NCBI RefSeq assembly: GCF_001194135.2
Contig: NC_068992.1
Span: 33,354,929 to 33,418,928, forward strand
Length of the DNA stretch: 64,000 nucleotides
Direction of reading: 5' to 3'
From: Octopus bimaculoides
Taxonomy: Eukaryota
Every line of letters starts with the position of its first letter. The first letter of the stretch is position 1. Below the pieces are notes generated by a model that saw nothing but the letters and a program-made list of their open reading frames with translations, did no database searches and was not told where the DNA came from. Positions 14,144-26,789 of the stretch are shown here, piece by piece. The translations under genes were made by a program, and so were the position numbers.

Positions 14144-15216
14144 CAGGGGTTGGACAATATAATGGAAACACCTAGCATCATAGCATCATAGTTTTGAAAT
14201 ATCTATAAAACTGTCAAAAGCTTGTTTATTTTTATGTTTTTTGATTTATTATTAGTGTTGCTTAATATGTTTTTCTAAAATTGCAGTTTCTTTTCAGATA
14301 TCATCAGAAAAAGGTAATTAAAATTCATTAAAATGACAGATCTATTGCTCTTTCAAAAGGTCAAATTGTTGGTGCTCGTACGGCAAGCACTAGCATAACG
14401 GAAACGGCCAAAATATTTGGTGCATCGAGAAGTACTATCTTGAAAGTAATGACAGCCTTTGAGAAAGAGGGAAAAACCTGTTCATCAAAACAAAATTCTG
14501 GAGGAAAACGAAAACTTTTAGATAGGGACCATCGAACTGTTATGTGAATTGTTAGAAAGGATCACAAAAGTACAGCTCTCAAAATTACTGCAGAGCTTAA
14601 TGACCACTTTGAGAACCCAGTTTCCACAAAAACTGTTCTCCAGGAGCTGCACAAAGCCGAATTTCATGGGAGGACTATAATCAGAAAACCGCCACTTTCA
14701 AAAACAAACGTTGCAAAGCATTTAGAGTGGAGTAAAAACTTACTGAACTGGTCCCTAGAGCAGTGGAAGAATGTTATTTTCTTGGATGAGTCATCCTTTC
14801 CCTTATTTCCGACCACTGGCTGAGCATACGTGTGGAGACAGCCAAAAGAAGCATTTAACCCAGATTGTCTTCTTCCAACTGTTAAACATGGAGGAGGATC
14901 TGTGATGATCTGGGGGGTTATATCTTGGAAATCTGCTGGCCCCCACAGTCCCCAGACCTCAATATTACTGAACATTTATGGTGCATTTTAGAAAAGCAAG
15001 TAAGGAATCAATATCATCCACCATCATCACTAGAAGAACTGGAGACTGTTTTAGCTGAAGAATGGATAAAAATTCCTTTAGAAACAATTCAAACTTTGTA
15101 CAAGTCCATACCTCATAGAATTCAAGCTGTAATTACTGCCAAAGGGAGTCCTACCCAATGTTAAAATTAATTTGTTTGGAATTTTATGGTGGTTCCATTA
15201 TTTTGTCAGACCCCTG
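14144..15216 (+). mobile_element. Tc1-family transposon with intact TIRs and internally deleted DD34E transposase
   Basis: TIRs caggggttggacaatataatggaaacacc and (rc) caggggtctgacaaaataatggaaccacc; TA flanks. Motifs VIFLDESSF, VKHGGGSVMIWG, WPPQSPDLNITEHLW; the region carrying the second Asp is missing. Confidence 0.92.
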
Positions 15217-15217
15217 T

Positions 15218-15259
<42 letters not shown>

Positions 15260-15272
15260 GTGNNNNNNNNNN

Positions 15273-15322
<50 letters not shown>

Positions 15323-15324
<2 letters not shown>

Positions 15325-15700
15325 GAGGTGCAATGGCCCAGTGGTTAGGGCAGTGGACTGATGATTATAGGATTGCCTTATTGATTACCAGACCGGGCGT
15401 TGTGAGTGTTTATTGAGTGAAAACATCTAAAGCTCCATAAGGATCCGGCAGGGAGTGGTGGTGAACCTGCTGTACTCTTTCTCCACAACATTCTCTCACT
15501 CCTTCTTCCTGTTTCTGTTGTACCTGTATTTCAAAAAGCCAGCCTTATCACACACTGTGTCACGCTGAATCTCCCCGAGAACTATGTTAAGGGTACATGT
15601 GTGTGTGTAGCGCTCAGCCACTTGCACAGTAATTTCACGAGAGGCTGTTCCGTTGACAGACCAACTAGAACCCTCATCATCATAACCAATAGAGTGCCAT
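15323..15700 (+). mobile_element. SINE family E (tRNA-like head)
   Basis: A box tggcccagtggttag; 3' region shared with the SINE at 31500-31882. Confidence 0.8.
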
Positions 15701-16978
15701 GATATATATGTATATATGTATATGTATATGTCTGTGTATGTGTCTTAATGTCCATGTTTGTTCCCTAACACCACTTGTTGTCCTTTAACAACCCGATGTT
15801 GCTGTGTTTACATCCCCATAACTTAGCAGTTTGGCAAAAGAGACCAATCGAATAAGCATGAGATGCAAAAAAATAATGTCCTAGGGTCAATTTCTTCAAC
15901 TGAGACTCAAGGTGGTGCCCCAGCATGACTAAAGAGATAAAAGTTACATAGTGGGGTAACATAGTAACAAAAAAAGACAAAAGGGTGAAGAAAATCTTTC
16001 TGAATTACTAACAGTGAAATAATCATTTCTCATTTCAGTTTAGAAGTTCTCAATATGTAGGAGAATAGGTGAATACACATGGTGCACTGGATTTCCTTCA
16101 TGTGTGAAATGTACTTTTTGAATCTTATTTATAGACAGAAGGGCAATGTCAGCTATAGTTCAAACAATAATAGCTAACATCACTCTGCAAGCAGAATGGT
16201 CAATTTTAATGGCAGTATAAGAGAGTTTACAAGAATCTGAAATGAATAAACTACATATTTCTATGAATACTACACAGGAACAGGAAATATTCTTCTTATC
16301 TTTATCATCAGAAATTATTAATGTACTTTCACATCTACAACAAATACTTAATGAATCCAATATTTTGATTAGCTGCACGGAAATAACCGTTATGCATTGG
16401 GAATGCAGGTTACCTCACATATACAGAACAAACATTACCATGCTGATAATCATACTAATAATATTCTACAAATAGGCAACAAATTCCAGTAGCAGCAGTG
16501 CAAGTCATTAAAGCAAGAAACATAGATATCATGCGCTAATGGTTTCACTTCAATATTAACACATACAAAATTCTTTTCATACTTATATACACACATTGGA
16601 GCAGTAAACCTCTGGTAAGAAGTAATTTCAAGAAGAAAAGTGTGTATGCGTGTGTGCATGTATNNNNNNNNNNNNNNNNNNNNNNNNNNNNNNNNNNNNN
16701 NNNNNNNNNNNNNNNNNNNNNNNNNNNNNNNNNNNNNNNNNNNNNNNNNNNNNNNNNNNNNNNNNNNNNNNNNNNNNNNNNNNNNNNNNNNNNNNNNNNN
16801 NNNNNNNNNNNNNNNNNNNNNNNNNNNNNNNNNNNNNNNNNNNNNNNNNNNNNNNNNNNNNNNNNNNNNNNNNNNNNNNNNNNNNNNNNNNNNNNNNNNN
16901 NNNNNNNNNNNNNNNNNNNNNNNNNNNNNNNNNNNNTATATATATATATATATATACATTATACACACACATATACAC

Positions 16979-17026
<48 letters not shown>

Positions 17027-18051
17027 ATATGTAATTATCTCCCTATAGATATGCATGCTTATGCTCATAAATATATTTCTGTTTGTGTATATGCATATGT
17101 GTGTATATAATACATATGTATGCAAATGTATAGATTCACATACACACACATGCACACATATATGCATGAAGTAGGCTTTTTACAAATATTTAAGTAATAA
17201 TTTACTTAGTATGATGTTTTTGTTTTTCTCTTTCAACAAAATATATGAGAAAGCACTTACATTAATATCCAGCCAGAAATTAGTTTTATATCATAGTAAA
17301 AAATCGATATAGTCTCAGATTAAATAAGTTGCTTTTACAAAATATCTCTTATGAAATAATTTTCCTAATTTCTGGAAATATTTGGTACATTACATTTCTT
17401 TTTAAATTAGATTATTGATTAAGCACTACAGAAACAGTTCAAATTTTGAACAGCATACTACTAACAGAAATGAAAGAATAAATTTCATAACTAGATCAAC
17501 TTTTCAAATGATCTAGAGGCAAATAGATAAACATGTGGAATATAATGCTCAAAGTTTTGTTTCAATTTTGTTTTTCAAATTCCTGAATTTTGCAATAATG
17601 CAGTTTCTATGAGAGGTATTGAAGAATTTTATTATCAGGAATATTTTAATAACTATAATAGCTCTCATAAAATTCCTGCTTCTGCTGAAATTCATATCCA
17701 TACATATTACATGAACATTCATGCATATATGTTCCTTTGAAGTATTAGTATTTGTAGTAGTAGTAGTAGTAGTAGTAGTGGCAGTAGTAGCAGCAGCAGC
17801 AGTAGTGGCAGTAGTAGTGGTTGTAGTAGTTGTAGAAGTACATGAACTTAGTGCAGTTTTGGTTCATCTAAGTAAAATATTGAAGCATTGAGACTGCCTC
17901 ATGACTCAGCAGGAAGTCAATGTTGTGACTTCCTGTCTATGTGTATTATACAACCTATAGAATCATTGAGATATGCACCACATAAAGCAAATATCGAATA
18001 TATGCTGTAGGTTATTTTGCGGGACATCAATATATTTTACTGACCACTTAC

Positions 18052-18071
18052 CTTATCAGGCACTGTTTTAA
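18052..18071 (-). CDS. Candidate micro-exon 7 (20 nt)
   Basis: ctgacag|TTAAAACAGTGCCTGATAAG|gtaagt = LKQCLI(R). Strong donor, weak acceptor. Confidence 0.35.
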
Positions 18072-18179
18072 CTGTCAGACTCACAAGTGATTATTATATA
18101 AATCAAAATGCGATGAACAAAGGAAAGAGATCATCTTATATAGCAACAAGAAATAATAACTGTCTTTGAAAGTGTGACT

Positions 18180-18575
18180 ATGTGGTAAGAAGCTTGCTTT
18201 CTGACCATATGGTTCCAGGTTCAGTCCCACTGCATGGCAACTTGGGCAAGTATCTTCTACTATAGCATCAGGCCAACCAAAACCTTGTGAGTGGATTTGG
18301 TAGGCAAAAACTGAAAGAAGCCCATTTAAAATGTGCGTGCATGTGCCTGTGTGTATGTGTGTGTGTGTGCATGTATCTTTGTGTCTGTTTGTTCCCCACT
18401 ACCACTTGACAAATAGTGATCGTGTGTTTACATTCCAATAACTCAGCAGTTCAGCAAAAGAGATCGATAGAATAAGTACCAGGCTTAAAAATAAATATGT
18501 ACTGGAGTTGATTCATTTGACTAAAAATTCAGTCTACTGACTGAAACAAATAAAAGGTAAAAAGGTAAAAAGTAG
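18180..18575 (+). mobile_element. SINE family B, uninterrupted copy (tRNA-like head + internal (TG)n + tail)
   Basis: gtggtaagaagcttgc..ggttcagtccc (B box)..cttgggcaagt..(TG)n..gataagtaccagg..ctgaaacaaataaaag. Confidence 0.85.
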
Positions 18576-18950
18576 ATGTACCTTTAGTGTGCTCAACTAC
18601 GATGAATAGTAATTTGAGGTGTTTAAATACATTATTATATATTAGCACAATTTTAGTTCATCTATGAAATATTTAATCATTGAGAGTTCACAACACTTCA
18701 ACAGGCAACTGATACTTCTCTCTCTTCCTCCCACTCTCTCTCTCTCTCTCTTGCCCACCTTTACTCTGTGTGTGTGTGTGTGTGTGTGTGTTTGTGTGTT
18801 TGTAAAAGAAAGTCGCTGAAATGCAAAAAGGCATTAATATATTAAGAGATCATGCAATTCTAGCATCTCATCTAAATGCAGGTTAATTATGTCACCCAAA
18901 ATTGATTTAAGTTCAGCTAGTTATGTTAAGATAATTAGAGAGTATAATTA

Positions 18951-19170
18951 AGGCAATGAGCTGGCAGAATCATTAACATGCTGGGCAAAATGCTTAGTGG
19001 CATTTTGTCCATCTTTACGTTCTGAGTTCAAAGTTCACCAACATAAATGCTGCCTTTCCTCCTTTCAGGGGTCAATAAAATCAGTACCATTTGAACTCTG
19101 GGGTCGATGTAATCAACTTAATCCCCTCTCAAAATTGCTAGCCTTGTGCCAAACTTTGAAACCATATTTG
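18951..19170 (+). mobile_element. SINE family A
   Basis: aaggcaatgagctggcagaatc..ctgagttcaaagt..tttcaggggtc; (TCA/TTA)n downstream. Confidence 0.8.
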
Positions 19171-19196
19171 TTATCATCATCATTATCATCATCATT

Positions 19197-19255
<59 letters not shown>

Positions 19256-19398
19256 CAAAGAGTGAACTGGGAAATCAAGCTGCCATTAAAATGGTCATAT
19301 GTATTAAATAGTTGAGAGAATTTGGGGTCAATCTTTGTGTGTGTGTGTGTGTGTGCATATGTGTAAAATTAAATAAGGTATTATTAACATTATTATTA

Positions 19399-19518
<120 letters not shown>

Positions 19519-19607
19519 GGCCAGCAAGTTTAAACCTATATAGGTAAAATATACAATTAATAAAAAGCACACAGTGAATGCAATGGATGTAACAGAAATA
19601 GTCTTAC

Positions 19608-19617
19608 CTTGTATGAA
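19608..19617 (-). CDS. Candidate micro-exon 6 (10 nt)
   Basis: tttgtctttcttgcttctgtag|TTCATACAAG|gtaaga. Strong acceptor and donor; (V)SYK. Confidence 0.45.
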
Positions 19618-19837
19618 CTACAGAAGCAAGAAAGACAAATAATCCAGTATCAATTGATTTCCCCTTTTGTATCAATATACTTAAATCTCATTAGCCAGAC
19701 TTACTGTATATCATGCATTTTTGAAAATATTCATTGCATTACACTGTGCACCAAGCATTAGTAAGATTTAGGTTAGTTAAGATAGGTTTCCAATATATTT
19801 CAACTGCTGAAGGCAAATTCACTGCAGTTAGTATCAT

Positions 19838-20330
19838 CATCATTTAACGTCCACTTTCCATAATGGCTTATGTTGGATGGTTTAACTACAAACTAGTAAG
19901 CCTGGGTGTTGCACTAGGTTCCGATCTGATTTGGCAAGATTTCTGTAGGCTGGATGCGCTTCCTAATACCAACTACTCAGAGAGTGTAGTGGGTGTTTTT
20001 TACATGCCACCAGCACAGGTGCTATTGACCTGACACCAGCATCAGCCATGACTACAGTTTCAATTGGTTTTACAGGCCTGCACAAGCATGGTGTATTGCC
20101 AAAGGTCTTGGTCACCTGTCACTGCTTCAATGAAACCCAATACTTGAACAGTGCTTTTATGTGCTACCAGCATGGGTGTCAGTTAGATAGCACAGGCATC
20201 AGCCATGGCTACGATTTTACTCAGTTTGACAGGTCTACACAATCACAGCATATTGTCCAGCGATTGAAGGATGCTTTCAACCATGGAGAAAATATCTCTC
20301 ATATGGTAAAAGTCTTATTTCTTCATTTCC
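19838..20330 (-). mobile_element. RTE LINE 3' end remnant
   Basis: Reverse complement of the RTE 3'UTR seen at 35321-35553, with (CAT)n tail. Confidence 0.75.
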
Positions 20331-21454
20331 CTGAAGAGAAGATTACATTGTTTTACACCATTTTATTCCATTGGAATATTACCAATGATATCTTCGAAAC
20401 CTGAGTCGGCAGTAAAAGAATTTGAATAACACATGGGTTTAACTANNNNNNNNNNNNNNNNNNNNNNNNNNNNNNNNNNNNNNNNNNNNNNNNNNNNNNN
20501 NNNNNNNNNNNNNNNNNNNNNNNNNNNNNNNNNNNNNNNNNNNNNNNNNNNNNNNNNNNNNNNNNNNNNNNNNNNNNNNNNNNNNNNNNNNNNNNNNNNN
20601 NNNNNNNNNNNNNNNNNNNNNNNNNNNNNNNNNNNNNNNNNNNNNNNNNNNNNNNNNNNNNNNNNNNNNNNNNNNNNNNNNNNNNNNNNNNNNNNNNNNN
20701 NNNNNNNNNNNNNNNNNNNNNNNNNNNNNNNNNNNNNNNNNNNNNNNNNNNNNNNNNNNNNNNNNNNNNNNNNNNNNNNNNNNNNNNNNNNNNNNNNNNN
20801 NNNNNNNNNNNNNNNNNNNNNNNNNNNNNNNNNNNNNNNNNNNNNNNNNNNNNNNNNNNNNNNNNNNNNNNNNNNNNNNNNNNNNNNNNNNNNNNNNNNN
20901 NNNNNNNNNNNNNNNNNNNNNNNNNNNNNNNNNNNNNNNNNNNNNNNNNNNNNNNNNNNNNNNNNNNNNNNNNNNNNNNNNNNNNNNNNNNNNNNNNNNN
21001 NNNNNNNNNNNNNNNNNNNNNNNNNNNNNNNNNNNNNNNNNNNNNNNNNNNNNNNNNNNNNNNNNNNNNNNNNNNNNNNNNNNNNNNNNNNNNNNNNNNN
21101 NNNNNNNNNNNNNNNNNNNNNNNNNNNNNNNNNNNNNNNNNNNNNNNNNNNNNNNNNNNNNNNNNNNNNNNNNNNNNNNNNNNNNNNNNNNNNNNNNNNN
21201 NNNNNNNNNNNNNNNNNNNNNNNNNNNNNNNNNNNNNNNNNNNNNNNNNNNNNNNNNNNNNNNNNNNNNNNNNNNNNNNNNNNNNNNNNNNNNNNNNNNN
21301 NNNNNNNNNNNNNNNNNNNNNNNNNNNNNNNNNNNNNNNNNNNNNNNNNNNNNNNNNNNNNNNNNNNNNNNNNNNNNNNNNNNNNNNNNNNNNNNNNNNN
21401 NNNNNNNNNNNNNNNNTATATACATATATACATATATATTAATTTATTTATTTA

Positions 21455-21792
21455 TATACATGAATGCCTCACACTAAGAGGGACTCTAAAAAGAGTGCGC
21501 CTCTTTCATGGATATATATCGATAAGCAATTGTCTATGTACTATGCTGAATACATGGAGTGTTCGTCTGGTATGTTGAGTTTTGTTTATTTTTATTTGTC
21601 TTGACCATACGTGCACTGATGAGTAAAAGATGCAGATTACTGTGTTGATTATGAAATCATGATTTACCGTTAAGTTTAAAGTTTTTAGGGAGTTAGTTTT
21701 TGAGAGTTGCATTACCTCGTGTTCGGTAAAAATGTGTCTATTATGGTAGTTTGGCTTTTAGAGTCCCTCTTAGCGTGAGGCATTCATGTATA
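21455..21792. repeat. Element bounded by 37-bp inverted repeats (MITE-like or Penelope-related)
   Basis: 21455-21491 versus rc of 21756-21792: 36/37 identical; non-coding spacer of ~265 bp. Confidence 0.7.
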
Positions 21793-22275
21793 GTAATGCC
21801 TTTATATAAATAAATTAATAAATATATTTATAAGCAATAAACGATGGGTTTTTTCCTTATGAGGTTTATTTCACGCTAACTACTTGATAAATTCTTACGA
21901 AGAATTTATCCTCTTATTAATATANNNNNNNNNNNNNNNNNNNNNNNNNNNNNNNNNNNNNNNNNNNNNNNNNNNNNNNNNNNNNNNNNNNNNNNNNNNN
22001 NNNNNNNNNNNNNNNNNNNNNNNNNNNNNNNNNNNNNNNNNNNNNNNNNNNNNNNNNNNNNNNNNNNNNNNNNNNNNNNNNNNNNNNNNNNNNNNNNNNN
22101 NNNNNNNNNNNNNNNNNNNNNNNNNNNNNNNNNNNNNNNNNNNNNNNNNNNNNNNNNNNNNNNNNNNNNNNNNNNNNNNNNNNNNNNNNNNNNNNNNNNN
22201 NNNNNNNNNNNNNNNNNNNNNNNNNNNNNNNNNNNNNNNNNNNNNNNNNNNNNNNNNNNNNNNNNNNNNNNNNNN

Positions 22276-22306
<31 letters not shown>

Positions 22307-22797
22307 TAGATCAAGGTTCAAGTGTATCAGGTACTTAAATGATAAGGCACTGGGTCGAGTCACAATTAAAATGTGTACACAACAAAAACAGAGCAATACA
22401 TATGCGGATACAGAAGTACAAGCAGAAACATATTCAGGTTATGTATACAATTAATTATACTTGACCAAGTACATCATAACCCTGAAGCTAATCAAGAAAT
22501 GCACATTCTGTTTGTTTTCGAATGTTTTTTAATGATGTGGTTCATGTATTTACCTCATGATAATGGTTTTTTTCTAATGATGTAATGTCACCATTAATCA
22601 ATTAAAAATTCGTTGGAAACAGCTGTATTGAATTAACACATTATCTATCTGTTGTTATTCATTTATTACATATACATGAATGTATGTATGTATATATATA
22701 TATAGATATATGTATGTATATGTATATATTTATATATGCACATATATTAAATATATATATGTATGTATATATATGTATATATTTATATATGCACACG

Positions 22798-22842
<45 letters not shown>

Positions 22843-22844
22843 AC

Positions 22845-22875
<31 letters not shown>

Positions 22876-23179
22876 GGGTGATAAATTGAATATTAATTCA
22901 ATTTAAAACCAAGTGGCCTAGCACATAAAATCTGAAAATTCAGAAAATACAATTTTTTCTGAATTATATATATACGGCTAAAAGAAAATGGCATACATCA
23001 GCTGGTAGAAATTCTATTATGTCTATTCCAAAAGAAAGGGGCGTATTATAAGAATACATACACATGCAACGACTGTGTGCTACACAAATATATACTAGTA
23101 ATACATAAAAGAGTAAAAGATTAACGGATCAATTTCTTGCGTATGTTTCTGCCAAGAGGCCACAATATCCTCCATGCAT

Positions 23180-23211
<32 letters not shown>

Positions 23212-23212
23212 G

Positions 23213-24350
23213 TTAGGTCATTAAGTATGAAATGTCCAATCCTCTTTAGCCCTAAGTTTGACTGTCATTAACTCTAATGTTTTATCCTGACAATTTTTTT
23301 TTACAACATTGAAGAATTACATCATCTCTTTCCGAAATGCTATTCATAGTATCAGATTATATTGTGGGTTTTCTCTGGTAAATCAATTTTCGTGAACCCA
23401 TGGAGAGATCAAAAACTCGTATTGTTTATGAACATGAGTTCTGTCATGGAACCAATGCACCCCAGACAGCTCAAAACATCAATGTTTGGAGATGTAGTGA
23501 ATGAGCACACTGTACATCGATGGTTTGAGAAGTTCTGGTATGGTGACTTTACTCTTGAAAATCAGCCCCGTGGTAGACCTGAGACCAAGGTGGATAATGA
23601 CAAGCTGGAAACTGAAGTGGAAGTGGATACATCTAAAACTACTCATGAGTTAACAGCAAGGTTTGGTGTTTCAATTCTAACTGTATTGGACCATCTGAAA
23701 CAAAGATGGATAAGTACTTACCACATTAACTGAACGAGCATCAAATGACATGTCATCTGGAAACTTGCTGTTCTTTGCTGTCATGGCATATAAGTGAACT
23801 ATTTTTGTATTGTATTGTTATGTGTGATAAAAAAATGGCTTCTTTTCAACAATAGCAAGTGTTCTGCATGATGGTTGGATAGAGACGAAGTGCTGAAACA
23901 CAATACAAAAAAGAATATTCATAAAAAAAAAGCTAATGGTGTCCGTTTGGTGGTGCAGCATTGGTTTCATCCACTACAGCTTCATGAGACCTGGCAAGTC
24001 AATTACAATGGATGTATACATCAACCAGTTGCATGAAATGATGAGTGACCTTGTAATTAAAAAGCCAAGATTGGTCAATAGAGACAAGCCAATGCTCAAC
24101 TACATGTTGCACAAAGAACGCTACTCAAGTTATAGGAACTGAACTTGGAAATACTCTGTCATCTGCCATATTCACCAGACCTTGCACCAACTGACTCACA
24201 TTTTCCAGGAATTAGACAGTTTTTTTGCAAGGAAAAAACTTCAAATCTGAAGAAGATGTAAAAAAGCCTTTTGTGATTTCATCACCTCTTGGTCTCCAAG
24301 ATTCTTCGCTGCTGACATAAATAAGCTGTTGATAAAATAGTAAAATTGTG
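23213..24350 (+). mobile_element. mariner transposon (Hsmar1/SETMAR-like DD34D), degenerate, right end truncated
   Basis: ATG at 23400: HTVHRWFEKF..PRGRPETKVD; IVMCDKKW; LMVSVWWCSIGFIHY; YSPDLAPTD. Confidence 0.85.
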
Positions 24351-24723
24351 TGTATTGAAAACAACATTAACATAAAATTGTAAAGACTCAATAGACATAT
24401 GGTTTCAATGAATATGTGTTGTCATATAGCTGATATCATGTGGGATTATTTGGTTATGTGGTTATAACATTTGTTTTAAAAGCTACATGGTTTGGGATTC
24501 GATGGCATAATGTGTCTCAGTTAACCACAAATTTGTGTTTGAAATTTGGTACATGGAAACTTTGTAGAAGCCCCTAGAAGAAAGTATACTCATATTCATG
24601 AGTGTATTCATATACAAAGTATATTAGTATTTATGTTCATGTTCACTGAATGTCAATTAGTTTAACACTGACACCTGGCTGTTGTGCAATTTTAGCAGAA
24701 TCTATTTGTTTACAAACACTCAC

Positions 24724-24785
24724 ACTAGATCTTCAAACTGTTTATAGCGTCTCTTCCTTTTTAAGAAGCCTTGCCTTTTCTCCTG
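24724..24785 (-). CDS. Candidate exon 5 (62 nt)
   Basis: actttttaatagccttcag|CAGGAG...GATCTAGT|gtgagt. Only one open frame: QEKRQGFLKRKRRYKQFEDL(V). Confidence 0.55.
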
Positions 24786-25399
24786 CTGAAGGCTATTAAA
24801 AAGTAACGATAATGACAGAGATAAATCCCAGTCAAAAGAACTTTTGTGAAATCCCATGAATCACTAAGGTGACCTGTCGAATCTTACACATAGAATCAAA
24901 ATCAAAATCTAATCACCCTCTAAGCATCACAAGGTAACTGTCACAAGGAATAAGTAAAAGAATAAGTATTATCAAATGAAGAAATTATCAACAGAATCAT
25001 TTAATAAGTTCGCATTGCTAAATCTTCCACAAATGAGACCAGAAAGAACATTATCTTATATGAATTCCATAACAAGACAGCAACACTCTTTAACTGATAA
25101 CCACTTTAGCCTAACCTCAAACTGACAGTTCTTCAACAGGAACATGAAAATGGATTTAAGATTTGTACTAAATATTTCTTGCAAATCTTTTACAATCAGG
25201 TTTTGATGGTGCAATGGACAGGTATTTTAATATAGAACTCAAACTCTTCAAAAGAAAATGTCTCTGCAAAAGCCTTGTTTACTGCACCAACTCAGTACAT
25301 TATACATGTTTCATGCAAAGTATATTTCAAATCTAAATCCTACCAGGCAGTAGTCCATTCAGGAACCATTCCTAGGAAATACACAAACACATTACTCAC

Positions 25400-25416
25400 A
25401 AAAATTTGTATGAAAC
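25400..25416 (-). CDS. Candidate micro-exon 4 (17 nt)
   Basis: ttatttttccctctcctcacag|GTTTCATACAAATTTTT|gtgagt; (S)FIQIF. Confidence 0.45.
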
Positions 25417-25463
25417 CTGTGAGGAGAGGGAAAAATAATTTGTAATATTTCATGATAGATAAA

Positions 25464-25680
25464 GGTGGTGAGCTGGCAGAATTGCTAGCATACCAGGCTA
25501 AATGTTTAGCAGCATTTCATCTGTTTTAACAGTCTGAGTTCAGATTCTGCTGTAGTCGACTTTGCCTTTAATCTTTTTGGGGTTGATAAAATAAGTACCA
25601 GATGAACGGTGGGGTTGAATTAATCAACTTATACTCTGTGCCAAACTTGCTAGCCTTATGTCAAAATTTGAAACTAATAT
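25464..25680 (+). mobile_element. SINE family A
   Basis: aaggtggtgagctggcagaattg..gtcgactttgcctt..ataagtaccag. Confidence 0.8.
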
Positions 25681-26661
25681 TATATGATGGATTTAAATCT
25701 ATAATAAAATAGATGGGAAAAAAAGGGTTTTTGCATCAGAGAGAAGCACTTATAAATGGCTAATGTTTTTATGTATTATAGAATCGAAATAATTCAGCAA
25801 TGCTTTGAGTACAAACCTGAAAAAAGTTGTAGTGAACCTTGGTGTAAAAATGAAACAGCACATGACTCTGAAAACAGACATAGAATAGAATATTTGACAA
25901 TGGACCAGAGGACAAACTATATTCAGTAATAGCTATGCTCCTCAGATATAAAAATTTCTTTCAGAGAAGAAAAAAAATGTTCTATATAAAAGGACTTCTA
26001 TAAAAATACCTAAAAGAGTTAACAAGTATATGGGTTATCACTTATACATTACACTCTACATTAAGATGAGCAACAGAACTAATGAACACAAGGATAGAAA
26101 CTAAATACATTACTTGGCAATCTCTCAACCAGAGAAAAACAAAGAGTCACATAATGAGAATAACAAACATATATGCCAAGCATATTCTTAAATACACCAC
26201 ATACACACATTCACAAATACATGCTTGCACACACAGATACACACACAGAAAATATATATATTAAATTTACATACATACATACATACATGCATGCATGCAT
26301 GCATACATACATACATACATACATACATATACATACACACTCAAAGATGTTCATCAACCAACCCAATATCTGCTTTGCCAGTAAATTAAATTTATACTCA
26401 TAAACTACTATTGCAAAAACAAACACTGCAACAATAGCAACAACAACAACAGCAATAATGATTCCTTACATATGAACAGGGCAATAGATTAGGATAGAGG
26501 GATCAGGTGAGTATAATGACCCTGGTACATAACTGGTGCTTTAGGACAATGACAAGTCCAATGAGGGCTGAAAATCAAATAAGGCTGTACCACATTTTCT
26601 AATCCATGGAGAAATAGGTAAATTTGCCTGAGGTGGGTTTTCTTCTTTGATATATATATAT

Positions 26662-26776
<115 letters not shown>

Positions 26777-26789
26777 TGTATGTATGTAT

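Larger units (their letters stand above)
14000..15950 (+). mobile_element. SINE family B split by nested insertions (head ~14000-14140, tail ~15720-15950)
   Basis: Head ggctgagtggtaggaagcttg..gtgagtggatgtggtagatgaaaactgaaagaagcc; tail ..gcaaaagagaccaatcgaataag. Architecture matches the intact copy at 18180-18575. Confidence 0.75.

Noticed and set aside
16242-16475. 77-aa hydrophobic ORF
   Set aside because: Flanked by stops, no splice support and no recognisable motif; expected by chance in AT-rich DNA.
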